A stretch of DNA of 64,000 bases from an uncultured bacterium (GTDB lineage Bacteria; Krumholzibacteriota; Krumholzibacteriia; LZORAL124-64-63). The stretch lies in contig CAVSZB010000006.1 in the NCBI GenBank assembly GCA_963732385.1, positions 1-64,000 on the forward strand. The letters are read 5' to 3'. The translations under genes were made by a program, and so were the position numbers. Positions 19,234 to 29,176 of this stretch are shown here, one piece after another; within the stretch, counting starts at the first letter, position 1, and the number at the start of each line of letters is the position of its first letter. Below the pieces are notes generated by a model. The model saw only the letters and a program-made list of their open reading frames with translations, was not told where the DNA came from and searched no databases.

Positions 19234-22200
19234 ATGCAGCGCTTTCCGGTCGTGTGCGTCCTGCTGGCCGCCCTGGCGGCTGCAATACCCGCGCCTGCGT
19301 TCGCGGCGCCGGCGGCCGCCGCCGATCCGCAGGCCGGCTACCTGAGGTACCCCGACATCCACGGCGCCACGGTGGTCTTCGGCGCCGAGTCGGATCTCTG
19401 GCTTACCTCGGACCGCGGCGGCCCGAGCCGCCGGCTCACCAGCCACGCGGGGCAGGAGATCCTGCCGAGCTTCTCGCCGGACGGGAGGTGGATCGCCTTC
19501 ACCGGGGAGTACGACGGCAACCGCGACGTCTACGTCGTGCCGGTCGCCGGGGGCGAGCCGCGCCGTCTTACCTGGCACCCCGACGCCGACGACGTGGTCG
19601 GCTGGACCCCCGACGGCGCCCGGGTGATCTTCCGCAGCGGGCGGGAGCTGCCGATCGGCCGCTGGGAGCTGTTCACGGTGCCGGCGGCGGGCGGGCAGGA
19701 GGAGAAGCTGCCGCTGGGCTGGGCGGCGCGTATCGACATGGATCCGGTTTCGGGCCTGTGGGCGTTCAACCGCAACAGCAACGAGGGACGCACCTGGAAG
19801 CGCTACCGCGGCGGCACGGTGCAGGACATCTGGGTCGGCGACCCGGTCCGGGCCGACTGGCGCCGGCTCACGACCGCCAACGTGCTCGAGGCCTGCCCGA
19901 TGTGGCACGGCGGGCGGATCTGGTTCCTGAGCGATCAGGGCGGGACCACGAACATCTGGTCGATGAAGCCTGACGGCTCCGACCGGAAGCGCCACACCAG
20001 CCTCTCGCCCTGGGACGCCCGGCAGCCCGGCATGGGCCCGGACGGGCGGATCGTCTACATGCTGGCCGGCGACATCCACCTCTTCGACCCGGCCGACGGC
20101 TCCGAGCGGCGGCTGCCGATCGAACTGCCGGGCGACCGCGTGCTGACGCGCGTCCGCTACCCGGACCCGGCGCAGTACACGACCGGCCTCGATCTGTCGC
20201 CGGACGGCTCGCGCCTCGCCGTGGTCACGCGCGGGGAGATCTTCTCGGTGCCGGTGAAGGAGGGGGTCACGCTGCCGGTGACGCGCGGCAGCGGCGCCCG
20301 CGAAAACTGGGCCGGCTTCGATCCCAAAGGTGAGCGCCTGGTCTATGTGACCGACCCGACGGGCGAGGAGGAGATCCGCACGATCGACGCCTGGGGCCGT
20401 GGCGAGCCGGTCACGGTGAAGCCGGCCGGCGCGACCGGCTGGCACTTCCCGCCCCGCTGGTCGCCCGACGGCAAGTGGATCGCCTTCGCCGACCAGACGC
20501 AGACGCTTTACATCATGCCGGCCGCGGGCGGCGCGCCCAAAGCGGTCGATCACAGCGATCAGGCGGAGATCCGCGAATACGTCTGGAGCCCCGACGGGCG
20601 CTGGCTGGCCTACACGAAGATGCTGCCCACCGAGTATGGCTCGATCCTCATTTACGACACCCGTGAGGGGAAGAACACCGCAGTCAGCGGGCCATTCACG
20701 AGCGACTCCTCGCCCGCCTGGGACCCCGACGGCCGCTACCTCTTCTTCCTGAGCGACCGCACCACCAACCCGGTGCTCGACACCCGCGACTGGAACAACA
20801 TCGAGGTGCGCACGAGCAAGCCGTACGCCGTGCTGCTGCGGCCCGACGTGCCGAATCCGCTGGCGAAGCTCGAGGGGCTGCCGCCGCTGCCGGGCGCCGC
20901 GCAGGCGGCCGACAAGGCGAAAGAGGAGAAGAAGGCGAAAGAGGAGAAGAAGAAGGGCGCCGCCAGTACAGGTGAGGAGATCAAGCCGGTCGAGATCGAG
21001 CTCGTCGGCCTGGCCTCGCGCGTGGTGGAGCTGCCGGCGCCGCCGGCGCGCTACAGCGAGCTCGCCGCGACCGCGAAGAAGGTGTTCTGGGTCTCGTCGC
21101 CGATCAAGGGGATGGTCGAGCAGCCGGGCATGTTCGACGAGGCCGGTCCCGAGAACACGTTGATGGCGTTCGATCTGGAGAAGAAGAAGACCGAGCCGTT
21201 CGCCGAGGGGATCACATCGTACCTTCTGCAGCCGAAGGCCGGCAAGATCGTGCTGCTGAAGGGTCCGGGCGAGGTGTACGTCGTCGGCGCCGACGCGGCG
21301 CCGGGCGCGGATCTGGCGGAGTCGAAGGTCGCGCTCGACGGCATCGTGCTCGAACTCGACCCGCGCCAGGAGTGGCGCCAGATGTACTTCGAGGCGTGGC
21401 GCATCCAGCGGGACTTCTACTGGGACGCCGGCATGGCGGGTCTCGACTGGCCGGCGATCCGTGACCAGTACGCCGCCCTGCTGCCTCGGCTGTCGAGCCG
21501 CGGGGACCTGACCGACCTGATCGGCGAACTGCTCGGCGAGCTGAACACGTCGCACACCTACGTCTGGGGGGGCGATCCGGGCGTGCGTCCGGCCCGCGTG
21601 GGGGTCGGACTGCTCGGCGCCGATCTGGTCCTGGATCAGGGGGCCTGGAAGGTGGCGCGTATCCTGCGCGGCGATCCGGCGGACAACGTCGTCTCGCCGC
21701 TGCTCGTGCCCGGCGTCGGCGTGAAGGAGGGGGAGTGGATCCTGGCGGTCAACCACCAGGCTCTGCCGACCGACCGGCCGTGGCACGCCGCCTTCGCCGA
21801 CCTGGCCGGCAAGACCGTCGTGCTGACCGTCAACGGCAAGCCGACGGTCGCGGGGGCGCGCGAGGTCGCCGTGACGCCGCAGCCGAGCGACCACAAGTTG
21901 CGCTATGTGGACTGGGTGCGCGGCAACCGCGAATACGTCGCCGGCAAGACCGGCGGCAGGATCGGCTACGTGCATATCCCCGACATGTGGACCGACGGCC
22001 TGGTCGCCTTCAACACCTGGTTCTATCCGCAGCTCGACAAGGAGGGGATGGTGGTCGACGCGCGCTGGAACGGCGGCGGCGCCGTCTCTTCGATGCTTGT
22101 GGAGCGCCTGGGCCGGCGCGTGCTGATGTACGACCGGCAGCGCGGGGGGGCGGTCTCGAGCTATCCCTACCGGACGCTGAAGGGGCCGTTCGTCGTCCTG

Positions 22201-22584
22201 ACCAACGAGTTCGCCGGCTCCGACGGCGACATCTTCCCCGCCGCCGTGCAGTACGCGAAGCTCGCCCCGGTGATCGGCATGCGCTCGTGGGGCGGCGTGA
22301 ACGGCATCCGTGGTGACAAGCAGACGGTCGACGGCGGCCTGGTCACGCAGCCGGAGTTCGCGCTCTGGGATCCGGTGGCGGGCTGGGGCATAGAGAATCG
22401 TGGCGTCGTGCCCGACATCGAGGTGCAGAACCGGCCGCAGGAACTGGCGAAAGGGGTGGACGCGCAACTCGACCGCGGCATTGCCGAGGTGCTGAAGCTG
22501 CACGCCGCCCATCCGCCTTTCAAGCCGGTGTTCGGTCCGGTGCCGGACAAGAGCCGCAAGGCGTACGAGCGGGCCGAGAAGTAG
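19234..22584 (+). CDS. Tricorn protease homolog (S41) with signal peptide
   Basis: GYLRYPDIHG, PD40 repeats, ELNTSH, PDZ, GYVHIPDM, AGSDGD catalytic Ser, SWGG. Confidence 0.95.
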   Translation: MQRFPVVCVLLAALAAAIPAPAFAAPAAAADPQAGYLRYPDIHGATVVFGAESDLWLTSDRGGPSRRLTSHAGQEILPSFSPDGRWIAFTGEYDGNRDVYVVPVAGGEPRRLTWHPDADDVVGWTPDGARVIFRSGRELPIGRWELFTVPAAGGQEEKLPLGWAARIDMDPVSGLWAFNRNSNEGRTWKRYRGGTVQDIWVGDPVRADWRRLTTANVLEACPMWHGGRIWFLSDQGGTTNIWSMKPDGSDRKRHTSLSPWDARQPGMGPDGRIVYMLAGDIHLFDPADGSERRLPIELPGDRVLTRVRYPDPAQYTTGLDLSPDGSRLAVVTRGEIFSVPVKEGVTLPVTRGSGARENWAGFDPKGERLVYVTDPTGEEEIRTIDAWGRGEPVTVKPAGATGWHFPPRWSPDGKWIAFADQTQTLYIMPAAGGAPKAVDHSDQAEIREYVWSPDGRWLAYTKMLPTEYGSILIYDTREGKNTAVSGPFTSDSSPAWDPDGRYLFFLSDRTTNPVLDTRDWNNIEVRTSKPYAVLLRPDVPNPLAKLEGLPPLPGAAQAADKAKEEKKAKEEKKKGAASTGEEIKPVEIELVGLASRVVELPAPPARYSELAATAKKVFWVSSPIKGMVEQPGMFDEAGPENTLMAFDLEKKKTEPFAEGITSYLLQPKAGKIVLLKGPGEVYVVGADAAPGADLAESKVALDGIVLELDPRQEWRQMYFEAWRIQRDFYWDAGMAGLDWPAIRDQYAALLPRLSSRGDLTDLIGELLGELNTSHTYVWGGDPGVRPARVGVGLLGADLVLDQGAWKVARILRGDPADNVVSPLLVPGVGVKEGEWILAVNHQALPTDRPWHAAFADLAGKTVVLTVNGKPTVAGAREVAVTPQPSDHKLRYVDWVRGNREYVAGKTGGRIGYVHIPDMWTDGLVAFNTWFYPQLDKEGMVVDARWNGGGAVSSMLVERLGRRVLMYDRQRGGAVSSYPYRTLKGPFVVLTNEFAGSDGDIFPAAVQYAKLAPVIGMRSWGGVNGIRGDKQTVDGGLVTQPEFALWDPVAGWGIENRGVVPDIEVQNRPQELAKGVDAQLDRGIAEVLKLHAAHPPFKPVFGPVPDKSRKAYERAEK

Positions 22585-22608
22585 CCCGCGGGCCCCCATG
22601 GCTCGGCA

Positions 22609-22639
22609 CGGACGGCGCCGGCGACCCCGGCGCCGTCCG
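22609..22639. terminator. GC-rich hairpin after the tricorn gene
   Basis: 13-bp perfect stem CGGACGGCGCCGG/CCGGCGCCGTCCG; no U-tract. Confidence 0.45.
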
Positions 22640-22751
22640 CGTGTCGTCAGGCGGCGGTTGTGGCGGCCGGCCGCGTTCCCTTATGATTCCGGCGGAGGTT
22701 CGCCGTGATCGTGTCTCCGGCCGTTGGCCGCCCCTTGCGCGCGGCCCGCGC

Positions 22752-24044
22752 ATGACCCGCCGCGCCGTCAACGCCTGGTGTCTTTACGACTGGGCGAACT
22801 CCGCCTTCGCCACCACGGTGATGGCGGCGTTCTTTCCCCCGTTCTACCGCGCGCTCGCCCTGCGCGCCGGCCTCGCCGACGCCGACGCCACCGCGGCCTG
22901 GGGTTACACCACCGCGGCGGCGCTCCTGGGCGCCGCGCTGCTGGGCCCGCTGCTCGGCGCGGTGGCCGACCACACCGGCGGCCGCAAGCGCTGGACGGCC
23001 GGCTTCGCCGCGCTCGGCATCCTCGCCACCGCCAGCTTCGCGCTCCTGCAACCGGGACAGTGGCGCCTGGCGACCGCGCTGTTCATCCTGGCCAACATCG
23101 GCTTCTCCGGCTCGATCGTCTTCTACGAGTCGTTGCTGCCGTACGTGGCGTCACGTGAAGAGATGGACCGGGTCTCGGCCCGCGGCTACGCGCTCGGCTA
23201 CGTGGGGGGCGGACTGCTGCTGGCGATCAACGTCGTCTGGCTGGCGAAGCCGGGCCTGTTCGGTTTCGCCGACCAGGCCGGGGCGGTGCGCGCGGCGTTC
23301 GTCAGCGTGGCCGTCTGGTGGGCTCTCTTCACGATCCCATTTTTGCGCGGCGTGCCCGAGCCGCCTGCCGTGCGTCTGGCGGGCGAGCCGGCCGGGGCGT
23401 TGCGCGCCGGCCTGATGCGCCTCGCCGCCACCGCGCGCGAATTGCGTCGCTACCGTCAGTTGAGTCTGTTCCTGGTCGCCTTCTGGATCTACAACGACGG
23501 CATCGGCACCATCATCAAGATGGCCACCGCCTACGGCGACGAAATCGGTATCGGCCTCGCCGACATGTCGGGCGCCCTGCTCCTGACGCAGTTCGTGGGG
23601 GTGCCGTGCTCGCTGCTGTTCGGACGTCTGGCCGGCCGCATTGGCGCCAAAGCGTCGATCCTGATCGCCCTGGGCGTGTATGTGATCATCGCTGCCGGCG
23701 GCTGGTTCATGCGCACCCCGACGCACTTCTACGCATTGGCCATCCTGGTCGGCACCGTCCAGGGGGGCAGTCAGTCGCTCAGCCGCTCGCTGTTCGGCGC
23801 CATGACCCCGCGCCACCGCGCCGCCGAATTCTTCGGCTTCTTCAGCACCAGTTCGAAGCTGGCAGGCATCGCCGGCCCGGTCGTTTTCGGCGCCGTGGCC
23901 CAATCCACCGGCGGCAGCCGCCTGGCGATCGTTTCGCTGGTGGTGTTCTTCCTCGTCGGCGGGGCGCTGCTGACGCGGGTGGACCCCGCAGAGGGGGCGC
24001 GGGTGGCGCGGGAGGCGGAGGCGTTTACGGCTTCACGGCCGTGA
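22752..24044 (+). CDS. MFS transporter, UMF1/ATG22-like
   Basis: AWCLYDWANSAF, FYESLLP, YNDGIGT, QSLSRSLF. Confidence 0.9.
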   Translation: MTRRAVNAWCLYDWANSAFATTVMAAFFPPFYRALALRAGLADADATAAWGYTTAAALLGAALLGPLLGAVADHTGGRKRWTAGFAALGILATASFALLQPGQWRLATALFILANIGFSGSIVFYESLLPYVASREEMDRVSARGYALGYVGGGLLLAINVVWLAKPGLFGFADQAGAVRAAFVSVAVWWALFTIPFLRGVPEPPAVRLAGEPAGALRAGLMRLAATARELRRYRQLSLFLVAFWIYNDGIGTIIKMATAYGDEIGIGLADMSGALLLTQFVGVPCSLLFGRLAGRIGAKASILIALGVYVIIAAGGWFMRTPTHFYALAILVGTVQGGSQSLSRSLFGAMTPRHRAAEFFGFFSTSSKLAGIAGPVVFGAVAQSTGGSRLAIVSLVVFFLVGGALLTRVDPAEGARVAREAEAFTASRP

Positions 24045-25194
24045 TGGCCGCCGAGACGATCCACGCCTCGGCGTCGGTGCCGGGGGCCCAGTCGCGGATG
24101 AAGGTGCGGCTCTGCTCGCGCGGCTCGACGCGGACGTTCAGGAAACCGGCGGCGGCGAGTTGCTGCCCGATCTCGGTGATCGTGGCGGCGCCGCCGATGC
24201 AGGCGCAGTGGAGGGCGGGGTCGTCGCGCAGGGCGGGGGGGAGCGGTGCGCTGGTGACGATGTCGGCAATGGCGATGCGGCCGCCGGGGCGCAGCACGCG
24301 CAGCGCCTCGCGCCAGACGGCCGGCTTGTCGGGGGAAAGATTCACCACGCAGTTGGAGATCACCACGTCGACGCTGGAGTCGGCCAGCGGCAGGTGCTCG
24401 ATTTCCCCAAGGCGGAACTCCACGTTGTCGGCGCCGGCGGCGCGGGCGTTGGCGCGCGCCCGGGTGACCATGTCGGGGGTCATGTCGACGCCGATGACCC
24501 GGCCGTTCGGGCCGACCTGACGGGCGGCGAGGAAGCTGTCGAGGCCGGCGCCGCTGCCGAGATCGAGCACCGTCTCGCCCGGCTGCAGCGCGGCGATCGC
24601 CTGCGGATTGCCGCAGCCGAGACCGAGGTCGGCGGCGGCCGGCGCGGCGGCGAGCTCTGCGCCGGTGTAGCCGAGGCGCGTCGACACGACCGACACGATT
24701 CCGTCGGGGGCGCCGCAGCAGGAGCCGGCGGTCGCGGGGGCGCAGCCGCAGCCCGAGGTCCCGTCGCGCGCGATGGCGCCATAGCGATCGCGCACTTCGG
24801 CGCGGATGTCGTCGGGCTGGCGTTCGGTCATCGTCGGTCCTCCTGTGTTCGTCGGCGGGTCGCCCGCGGCAGCTCCGGACGGCAGGAGGACGTCGGCGAG
24901 GGCCGACACGGCGTCCGGATCGATCCAGCAGTCGATGTGCCGGCCGCGGCGCGCGGTGCGGACCAGGCCGGCCAGTTGCAGTTCCCGCAGGTGGTGCGAT
25001 ACCGTCGAGGGGGCGAGCGTCAATCCTGTGCCCAGTTCGCCCGCGCAGGCACCGGCCGCCGGCTCCGCCGTGAAGACAGTGCCAGGGGCACAGCAGGCGA
25101 CGAGGCGCTGGAACATCCGCAGCCGATGAGGGTGGGCGAGCGCCTTGAAGCCGGCGGCAATCTGCTGGGCGTCCATTGTTCTATTATTCGACAT
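24025..25194 (-). CDS. arsM: ArsR-family regulator fused in frame to arsenite methyltransferase (ArsM part starts at internal ATG 24831)
   Basis: N-terminal FKALAHPHRL…STVSHHLREL; C-terminal GLGCGNP, VLDLGSGAG, ISNCVVNLSPDK; no stop between; ACAGGAGGA before ATG 24831. Confidence 0.9.
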   Translation of the reverse strand: MSNNRTMDAQQIAAGFKALAHPHRLRMFQRLVACCAPGTVFTAEPAAGACAGELGTGLTLAPSTVSHHLRELQLAGLVRTARRGRHIDCWIDPDAVSALADVLLPSGAAAGDPPTNTGGPTMTERQPDDIRAEVRDRYGAIARDGTSGCGCAPATAGSCCGAPDGIVSVVSTRLGYTGAELAAAPAAADLGLGCGNPQAIAALQPGETVLDLGSGAGLDSFLAARQVGPNGRVIGVDMTPDMVTRARANARAAGADNVEFRLGEIEHLPLADSSVDVVISNCVVNLSPDKPAVWREALRVLRPGGRIAIADIVTSAPLPPALRDDPALHCACIGGAATITEIGQQLAAAGFLNVRVEPREQSRTFIRDWAPGTDAEAWIVSAAITAVKP

Positions 25195-25207
25195 ATTTCG
25201 AATTATA
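25186..25207 (-). promoter_or_regulatory. Putative ArsR operator and -10 box
   Basis: Inverted repeat ATTCGA-N6-TCGAAT (25186-25203) over the start codon; minus-strand TATAAT at 25207-25202. Confidence 0.7.
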
Positions 25208-25238
25208 TACTCCTTCCTCCTAATGCGCTACCAGGGAG

Positions 25239-25281
25239 TTGACGTTTCTCTGAAATTGTGTTTAACTAAACGTTCAATTAA
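25239..25281 (+). promoter_or_regulatory. Promoter and putative TetR operator
   Basis: TTGACG at 25239; imperfect palindrome TTAACTAAAC|GTTCAATTAA (25262-25281, 8/10) over the -10 region. Confidence 0.65.
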
Positions 25282-25305
25282 GTAACGGTCCAGATCGGGA
25301 GACCT

Positions 25306-25974
25306 ATGACGACCCTGCACCAGGCGCCCCGCCGTCACGACACCGTCGCCACCCGCGCGGCGCTCGTGCGCGCCGCCCTGCCGCTGTTCGCGGAACGGGG
25401 GTTCGCCGGCACGACAGTGGAGGCCATCGCCGGCGCGGCGGGGGTGAACAAGGCGCTGATCAACTACCACTTCGGGGGGAAACAGGGTCTGTTCACCGCC
25501 ATCCTGGGCGAGATTCTCAGCGTGGCCGAGTCGCGCATGAATCCCCTGGCCGTCGGTGATCGACCGGCCGACCAGCGCCTGCGGGATTTCGTGCGGGTCT
25601 GGGCGGAAACCGCCGCGGAGACCCCGGAGTTTCCGGTCATCATGATGCGGGAATTGATCGCGGGGGGGCAGCATCTCGAGGCGGGGTTCTTCGCGCGCAT
25701 CGTGGCCATCTTCGGCACGGTTCGCGACATCATCGCCGACGGCGTGCGTGACGGGCAGTTCCGCCCCGTCGATCCGCTGCTGACCCATCTCACCCTGGTC
25801 GGCAGTCTGATGTTCTTCTTCGCCACGGAGCCGGCCCGCGAACGGTTGTTCGAACTGGGACAACCACCGGCGGCGCGTCCCACGCGCGAGGGATTCGTGC
25901 GTCACATCGAGGAACTGATCACGGTGGGGCTGGCCCCGTCCGCGGGCGACCGGCCGAGCGGCGCCGCCGTCTGA
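25306..25974 (+). CDS. TetR/AcrR-family regulator (CecR-like context)
   Basis: LFAERGFAGTTVEAIAGAAGVNKALINYHFGGKQGL HTH. Confidence 0.95.
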   Translation: MTTLHQAPRRHDTVATRAALVRAALPLFAERGFAGTTVEAIAGAAGVNKALINYHFGGKQGLFTAILGEILSVAESRMNPLAVGDRPADQRLRDFVRVWAETAAETPEFPVIMMRELIAGGQHLEAGFFARIVAIFGTVRDIIADGVRDGQFRPVDPLLTHLTLVGSLMFFFATEPARERLFELGQPPAARPTREGFVRHIEELITVGLAPSAGDRPSGAAV

Positions 25975-25997
25975 TGACGGCCGGCGCGAGGAGTGAA

Positions 25998-27008
25998 ATG
26001 AAGCGTTTGCGCATCATCGGTCCGCGGTCGCGCGCCATCCTCGCGTGGCTGTCCCTGTTGGTCCTGCCCGCGGCCGCCGGTTGTGGCGCGCGTCGCGACG
26101 CGAACCTGATCGTGGCCGCGGGGCACATCGAGGCGACGGAGGTGCAGGTCGCCACGAAGGTGGCCGGCACGGTCGCCGCACTCGAGGCGCAGGAGGGGGA
26201 CCGGGTCGCGGCCGGGGCCCGCATCGCCCGCATCGACACGGTAGATCTGGCGCTGACGCGCCGCGCCGCCCGGGCCGAGCGCGATCTGGCCGACGCCAAC
26301 CTGCGTCTGCGTCTGACCGGCTCGCGGCGTGAAGACGTGGCCGAGGCGGCGGCCGCCGTGGCGAAGGCCGAATCGGACTTCGCCACGGCCGAGAAGGACC
26401 TGGCCCGCTTCCAGGGGCTGCAGGACGCCGGCAGCGGCACGGAGCGCTCGCTCGACGACGCCCGCAACCGTCGCGCATCGGCGACCGCCGCGCTCGAGGT
26501 GGCCCGGCAGCGGCTGCTCCGGCTGCGCGCCGGCTTCCGCGTGGAGGAGATCGATGCGGCGCGCGCCCAGGCTGACGCGGCGGCGGCGCGCGTGGCGCAG
26601 CTCGACCAGCAGATCGCAGACGCCGTCATCGTCAGCCCCGTGGCCGGCACGCTCACCGCCCGCCCGGTGGAGCAGGGGGAACTGCTCGGTCCCGGCGCCG
26701 TCGTGGCGGTCGTGACCGATCTGGATCACGCCTGGCTCACCGCCTGGGTGCCGGAGCCCGATCTGGGGCGGCTGCAGCTGGGGCAGGAGGCCGACGTGGT
26801 CACCGACGGCGGCGAGCGGCGAACCGGCCGGGTGACCTTCCTGGCGACGCAGGCGGAGTTCACGCCCAGGAACGTCCAGACGCGCGACGAGCGGGTGAAG
26901 CTGGTCTACAAGGTGAAGATCACGCTCGACAACGGCGACGGCCTGTTCAAGCCCGGCATGCCGGCCGAGGCGCGGCTGCACACGGCGGCCGCCCGGGGGA
27001 AATCGTGA
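25998..27008 (+). CDS. HlyD-family membrane fusion protein (YbhG-like)
   Basis: GHIEATEV, coiled coil, AEFTPRNVQT…LVYKVK, KPGMPAE. Confidence 0.92.
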   Translation: MKRLRIIGPRSRAILAWLSLLVLPAAAGCGARRDANLIVAAGHIEATEVQVATKVAGTVAALEAQEGDRVAAGARIARIDTVDLALTRRAARAERDLADANLRLRLTGSRREDVAEAAAAVAKAESDFATAEKDLARFQGLQDAGSGTERSLDDARNRRASATAALEVARQRLLRLRAGFRVEEIDAARAQADAAAARVAQLDQQIADAVIVSPVAGTLTARPVEQGELLGPGAVVAVVTDLDHAWLTAWVPEPDLGRLQLGQEADVVTDGGERRTGRVTFLATQAEFTPRNVQTRDERVKLVYKVKITLDNGDGLFKPGMPAEARLHTAAARGKS

Positions 27009-27778
27009 CCACCGGCGACGAACGGCCCCTGGTCGTGGACGGCCTGGTCCGGCGCTACGGCGCCACGGTCGCGGTGGACGACTTGTCGTTCACCGTGCGG
27101 CGCGGCGAGATGTTCGGGTTGATCGGGCCCGACGGCGCCGGCAAGACCACCACGCTGCGCGTGGCGCTGGGCATCATCACGGCGCACGGCGGCAGCGTCC
27201 GTACCTGCGGGCTCGACCCCGCGCGGCAGGGGCGCGAACTGGCCGGTCGCGTCGGCTACCTGTCGCAGCGCTTCAGCCTGTACGGCGACCTGACCGTCGA
27301 CGAGAACGTGGCCTTCTTCGCCGAGGTGCACGGCGTGCGCGAGTGGCGTCCGCGCCGCGAGGAGCTGCTTGACCTGGTGCGGATGACCCCGTTCCGCGCG
27401 CGGCTGGCGGATCGGCTGTCGGGCGGCATGAAGCAGAAGCTGGCGCTGGTCTGCACGCTGATCCACACGCCGGAATTGCTCGTGCTCGACGAGCCGACGA
27501 CCGGTGTAGACCCGGTGTCGCGTCGCGACTTCTGGAAACTGCTTGCGCGCCTGCAGCGCGACGGTCTGACGATCGTGATGACCACGCCCTACCTGGACGA
27601 GGCGGAGCGGTGCCAGCGGGTGGCGCTCATGGACCGCGGGCGGCTGCTGGCCCTCGACGCGCCCGATGCTCTGCGCGCCGCGCAGGGCGCGGCCGCCGGG
27701 GCATCGCTGGAAGACGTGTATGTGGCGCGAGTGCTTGCGGCCGAGGCCGCGCACGACGTTGCCGGGGAGGTTGCCTGA
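27005..27778 (+). CDS. ABC transporter ATP-binding protein
   Basis: GPDGAGKTT, LSGGMKQK, LDEPTTGVDP. Confidence 0.95.
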   Translation: MTTGDERPLVVDGLVRRYGATVAVDDLSFTVRRGEMFGLIGPDGAGKTTTLRVALGIITAHGGSVRTCGLDPARQGRELAGRVGYLSQRFSLYGDLTVDENVAFFAEVHGVREWRPRREELLDLVRMTPFRARLADRLSGGMKQKLALVCTLIHTPELLVLDEPTTGVDPVSRRDFWKLLARLQRDGLTIVMTTPYLDEAERCQRVALMDRGRLLALDAPDALRAAQGAAAGASLEDVYVARVLAAEAAHDVAGEVA

Positions 27779-29172
27779 TGTGCCGTCCATGCCCGCGCCC
27801 ACGGCGTCTGCGTACCGTACTGGTCCTGCTGGGCGCGCTGGCGGCGGGGGCATCCGTCGCCGTCCCGTCGCGCGCCGACGCGACGCCCGCAGTGGCCGCG
27901 CCCGAGACCCTGCGCCTGACGCTCGACGAGGCGGTCGCCCGCGCGCGGGCCGCGGCGCCGCGCCTGCGCGAATTGCAGGCGCTGTCCGCCGCCGCCGCCG
28001 CCGACGCCCGCGCCGCGCGCGCGGCGCGCCTGCCCACGCTCGACCTGCGGGGCGGCTACAGCCGCTGGTCGGACGTTCCGGAACTGACGCTCGCGCTGCC
28101 TGGCCTGCCGCCCCGCACGCTGTTTCCGAACCTGCCCGACAACTGGACCGGCCGCGCCTCGCTGGCGCTGCCGCTGTGGACCGGCGGGCGTCTGGGGGCG
28201 GCGGCGCGGGCCACGGAGTGGCAGCAGGAGGCGGCGGCGCGCGACGCCGACACTGGCGAGGCGGCGCTCGTCCTCGAGACGGTGGCGGCCTACTGGGATC
28301 TCGCCGTGGCGCGCCAGCGCGAGAACGTGTTCGGCGCGGCCATCGCGGCCTACTCGGCGCACGCCGCCGACGTGGGCAACCGGCAGAAGTTCGGCATGGC
28401 CGCGAGCCACGAACTCCTGGCGGTCGAGGTCGAGCGCGATCGCGCCGAGCTGGCGCGTCTGCGCGCCACTGGCGACGCGGAAATCGCTCAGGCCGATCTG
28501 GCCCGCCTGCTCGGCCTGTCGGCGGAGCAGCCGCTGCTGGCCGCCGATCCGCTGCCGGCGCCGGGCGGTGACGCCGCGGATGAAGAGCTCGCGCCGCTGG
28601 TGGCGGGTGCTCTTGCCGCACGACCGGAGCGCGCGGCGCTGGTGGCCCGCGCCGCGGCCGCGCAGGCGCTGGTCGGCGTGGCGCGCGCCGGACGGCTGCC
28701 GCAGGTCGCGCTCACGGCCGGCTATGACTACAGCAATCCCAACCGGCGCATCCTGCCGCCCGTCGGGGAGTTCGCCGATACCTGGGACGTGGGGGTGAGC
28801 CTCGCGCTGAACGTTTTCGACGGCGGCCGGGTCGCGGCCGGGGCGTCTGCCGCCCGCGCGCGCGCCACGGCGGCGCAGGCGCGTCTGGACGACCTCGACC
28901 GGCGGATCCGGCTGGAGGTCACCACGCGGCGGCTCGATCTGCGCGTCGCCCGGGCCGCGGCGGTGGTGGCGGCGCGTGCTCTGAGGTCGGCCACCGAGAG
29001 TCATCGCGTGGCTGCTGATCGCTACCGCGAGGGGCTGATCCCGTCTTCGGAACTGCTCGACGCGGAGACATCCCTTCTGCGGGCCGGCCTCGAGCAGGCG
29101 GAGGCGCTGGCGTACGTGAGGCTGGCCGTGGCCGCATTCGACCGCGCGGCGGGACGCACGGGAGGGCGATAG
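27778..29172 (+). CDS. TolC-family outer membrane protein
   Basis: TGATG coupling; LPTLDL…LPLWTGG and LPQVAL…VFDGG repeats; RYREG. Confidence 0.9.
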   Translation: MCRPCPRPRRLRTVLVLLGALAAGASVAVPSRADATPAVAAPETLRLTLDEAVARARAAAPRLRELQALSAAAAADARAARAARLPTLDLRGGYSRWSDVPELTLALPGLPPRTLFPNLPDNWTGRASLALPLWTGGRLGAAARATEWQQEAAARDADTGEAALVLETVAAYWDLAVARQRENVFGAAIAAYSAHAADVGNRQKFGMAASHELLAVEVERDRAELARLRATGDAEIAQADLARLLGLSAEQPLLAADPLPAPGGDAADEELAPLVAGALAARPERAALVARAAAAQALVGVARAGRLPQVALTAGYDYSNPNRRILPPVGEFADTWDVGVSLALNVFDGGRVAAGASAARARATAAQARLDDLDRRIRLEVTTRRLDLRVARAAAVVAARALRSATESHRVAADRYREGLIPSSELLDAETSLLRAGLEQAEALAYVRLAVAAFDRAAGRTGGR

Positions 29173-29176
29173 CATC

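Noticed and set aside
18877..22599. 1240-aa minus-strand ORF and similar long shadow ORFs (12843..15365, 41320..44841, 44769..47597, 57974..60544)
   Set aside because: Antisense or alternative-frame shadows of well-supported genes in high-GC DNA; Arg/Gly/Pro-rich with no motifs.
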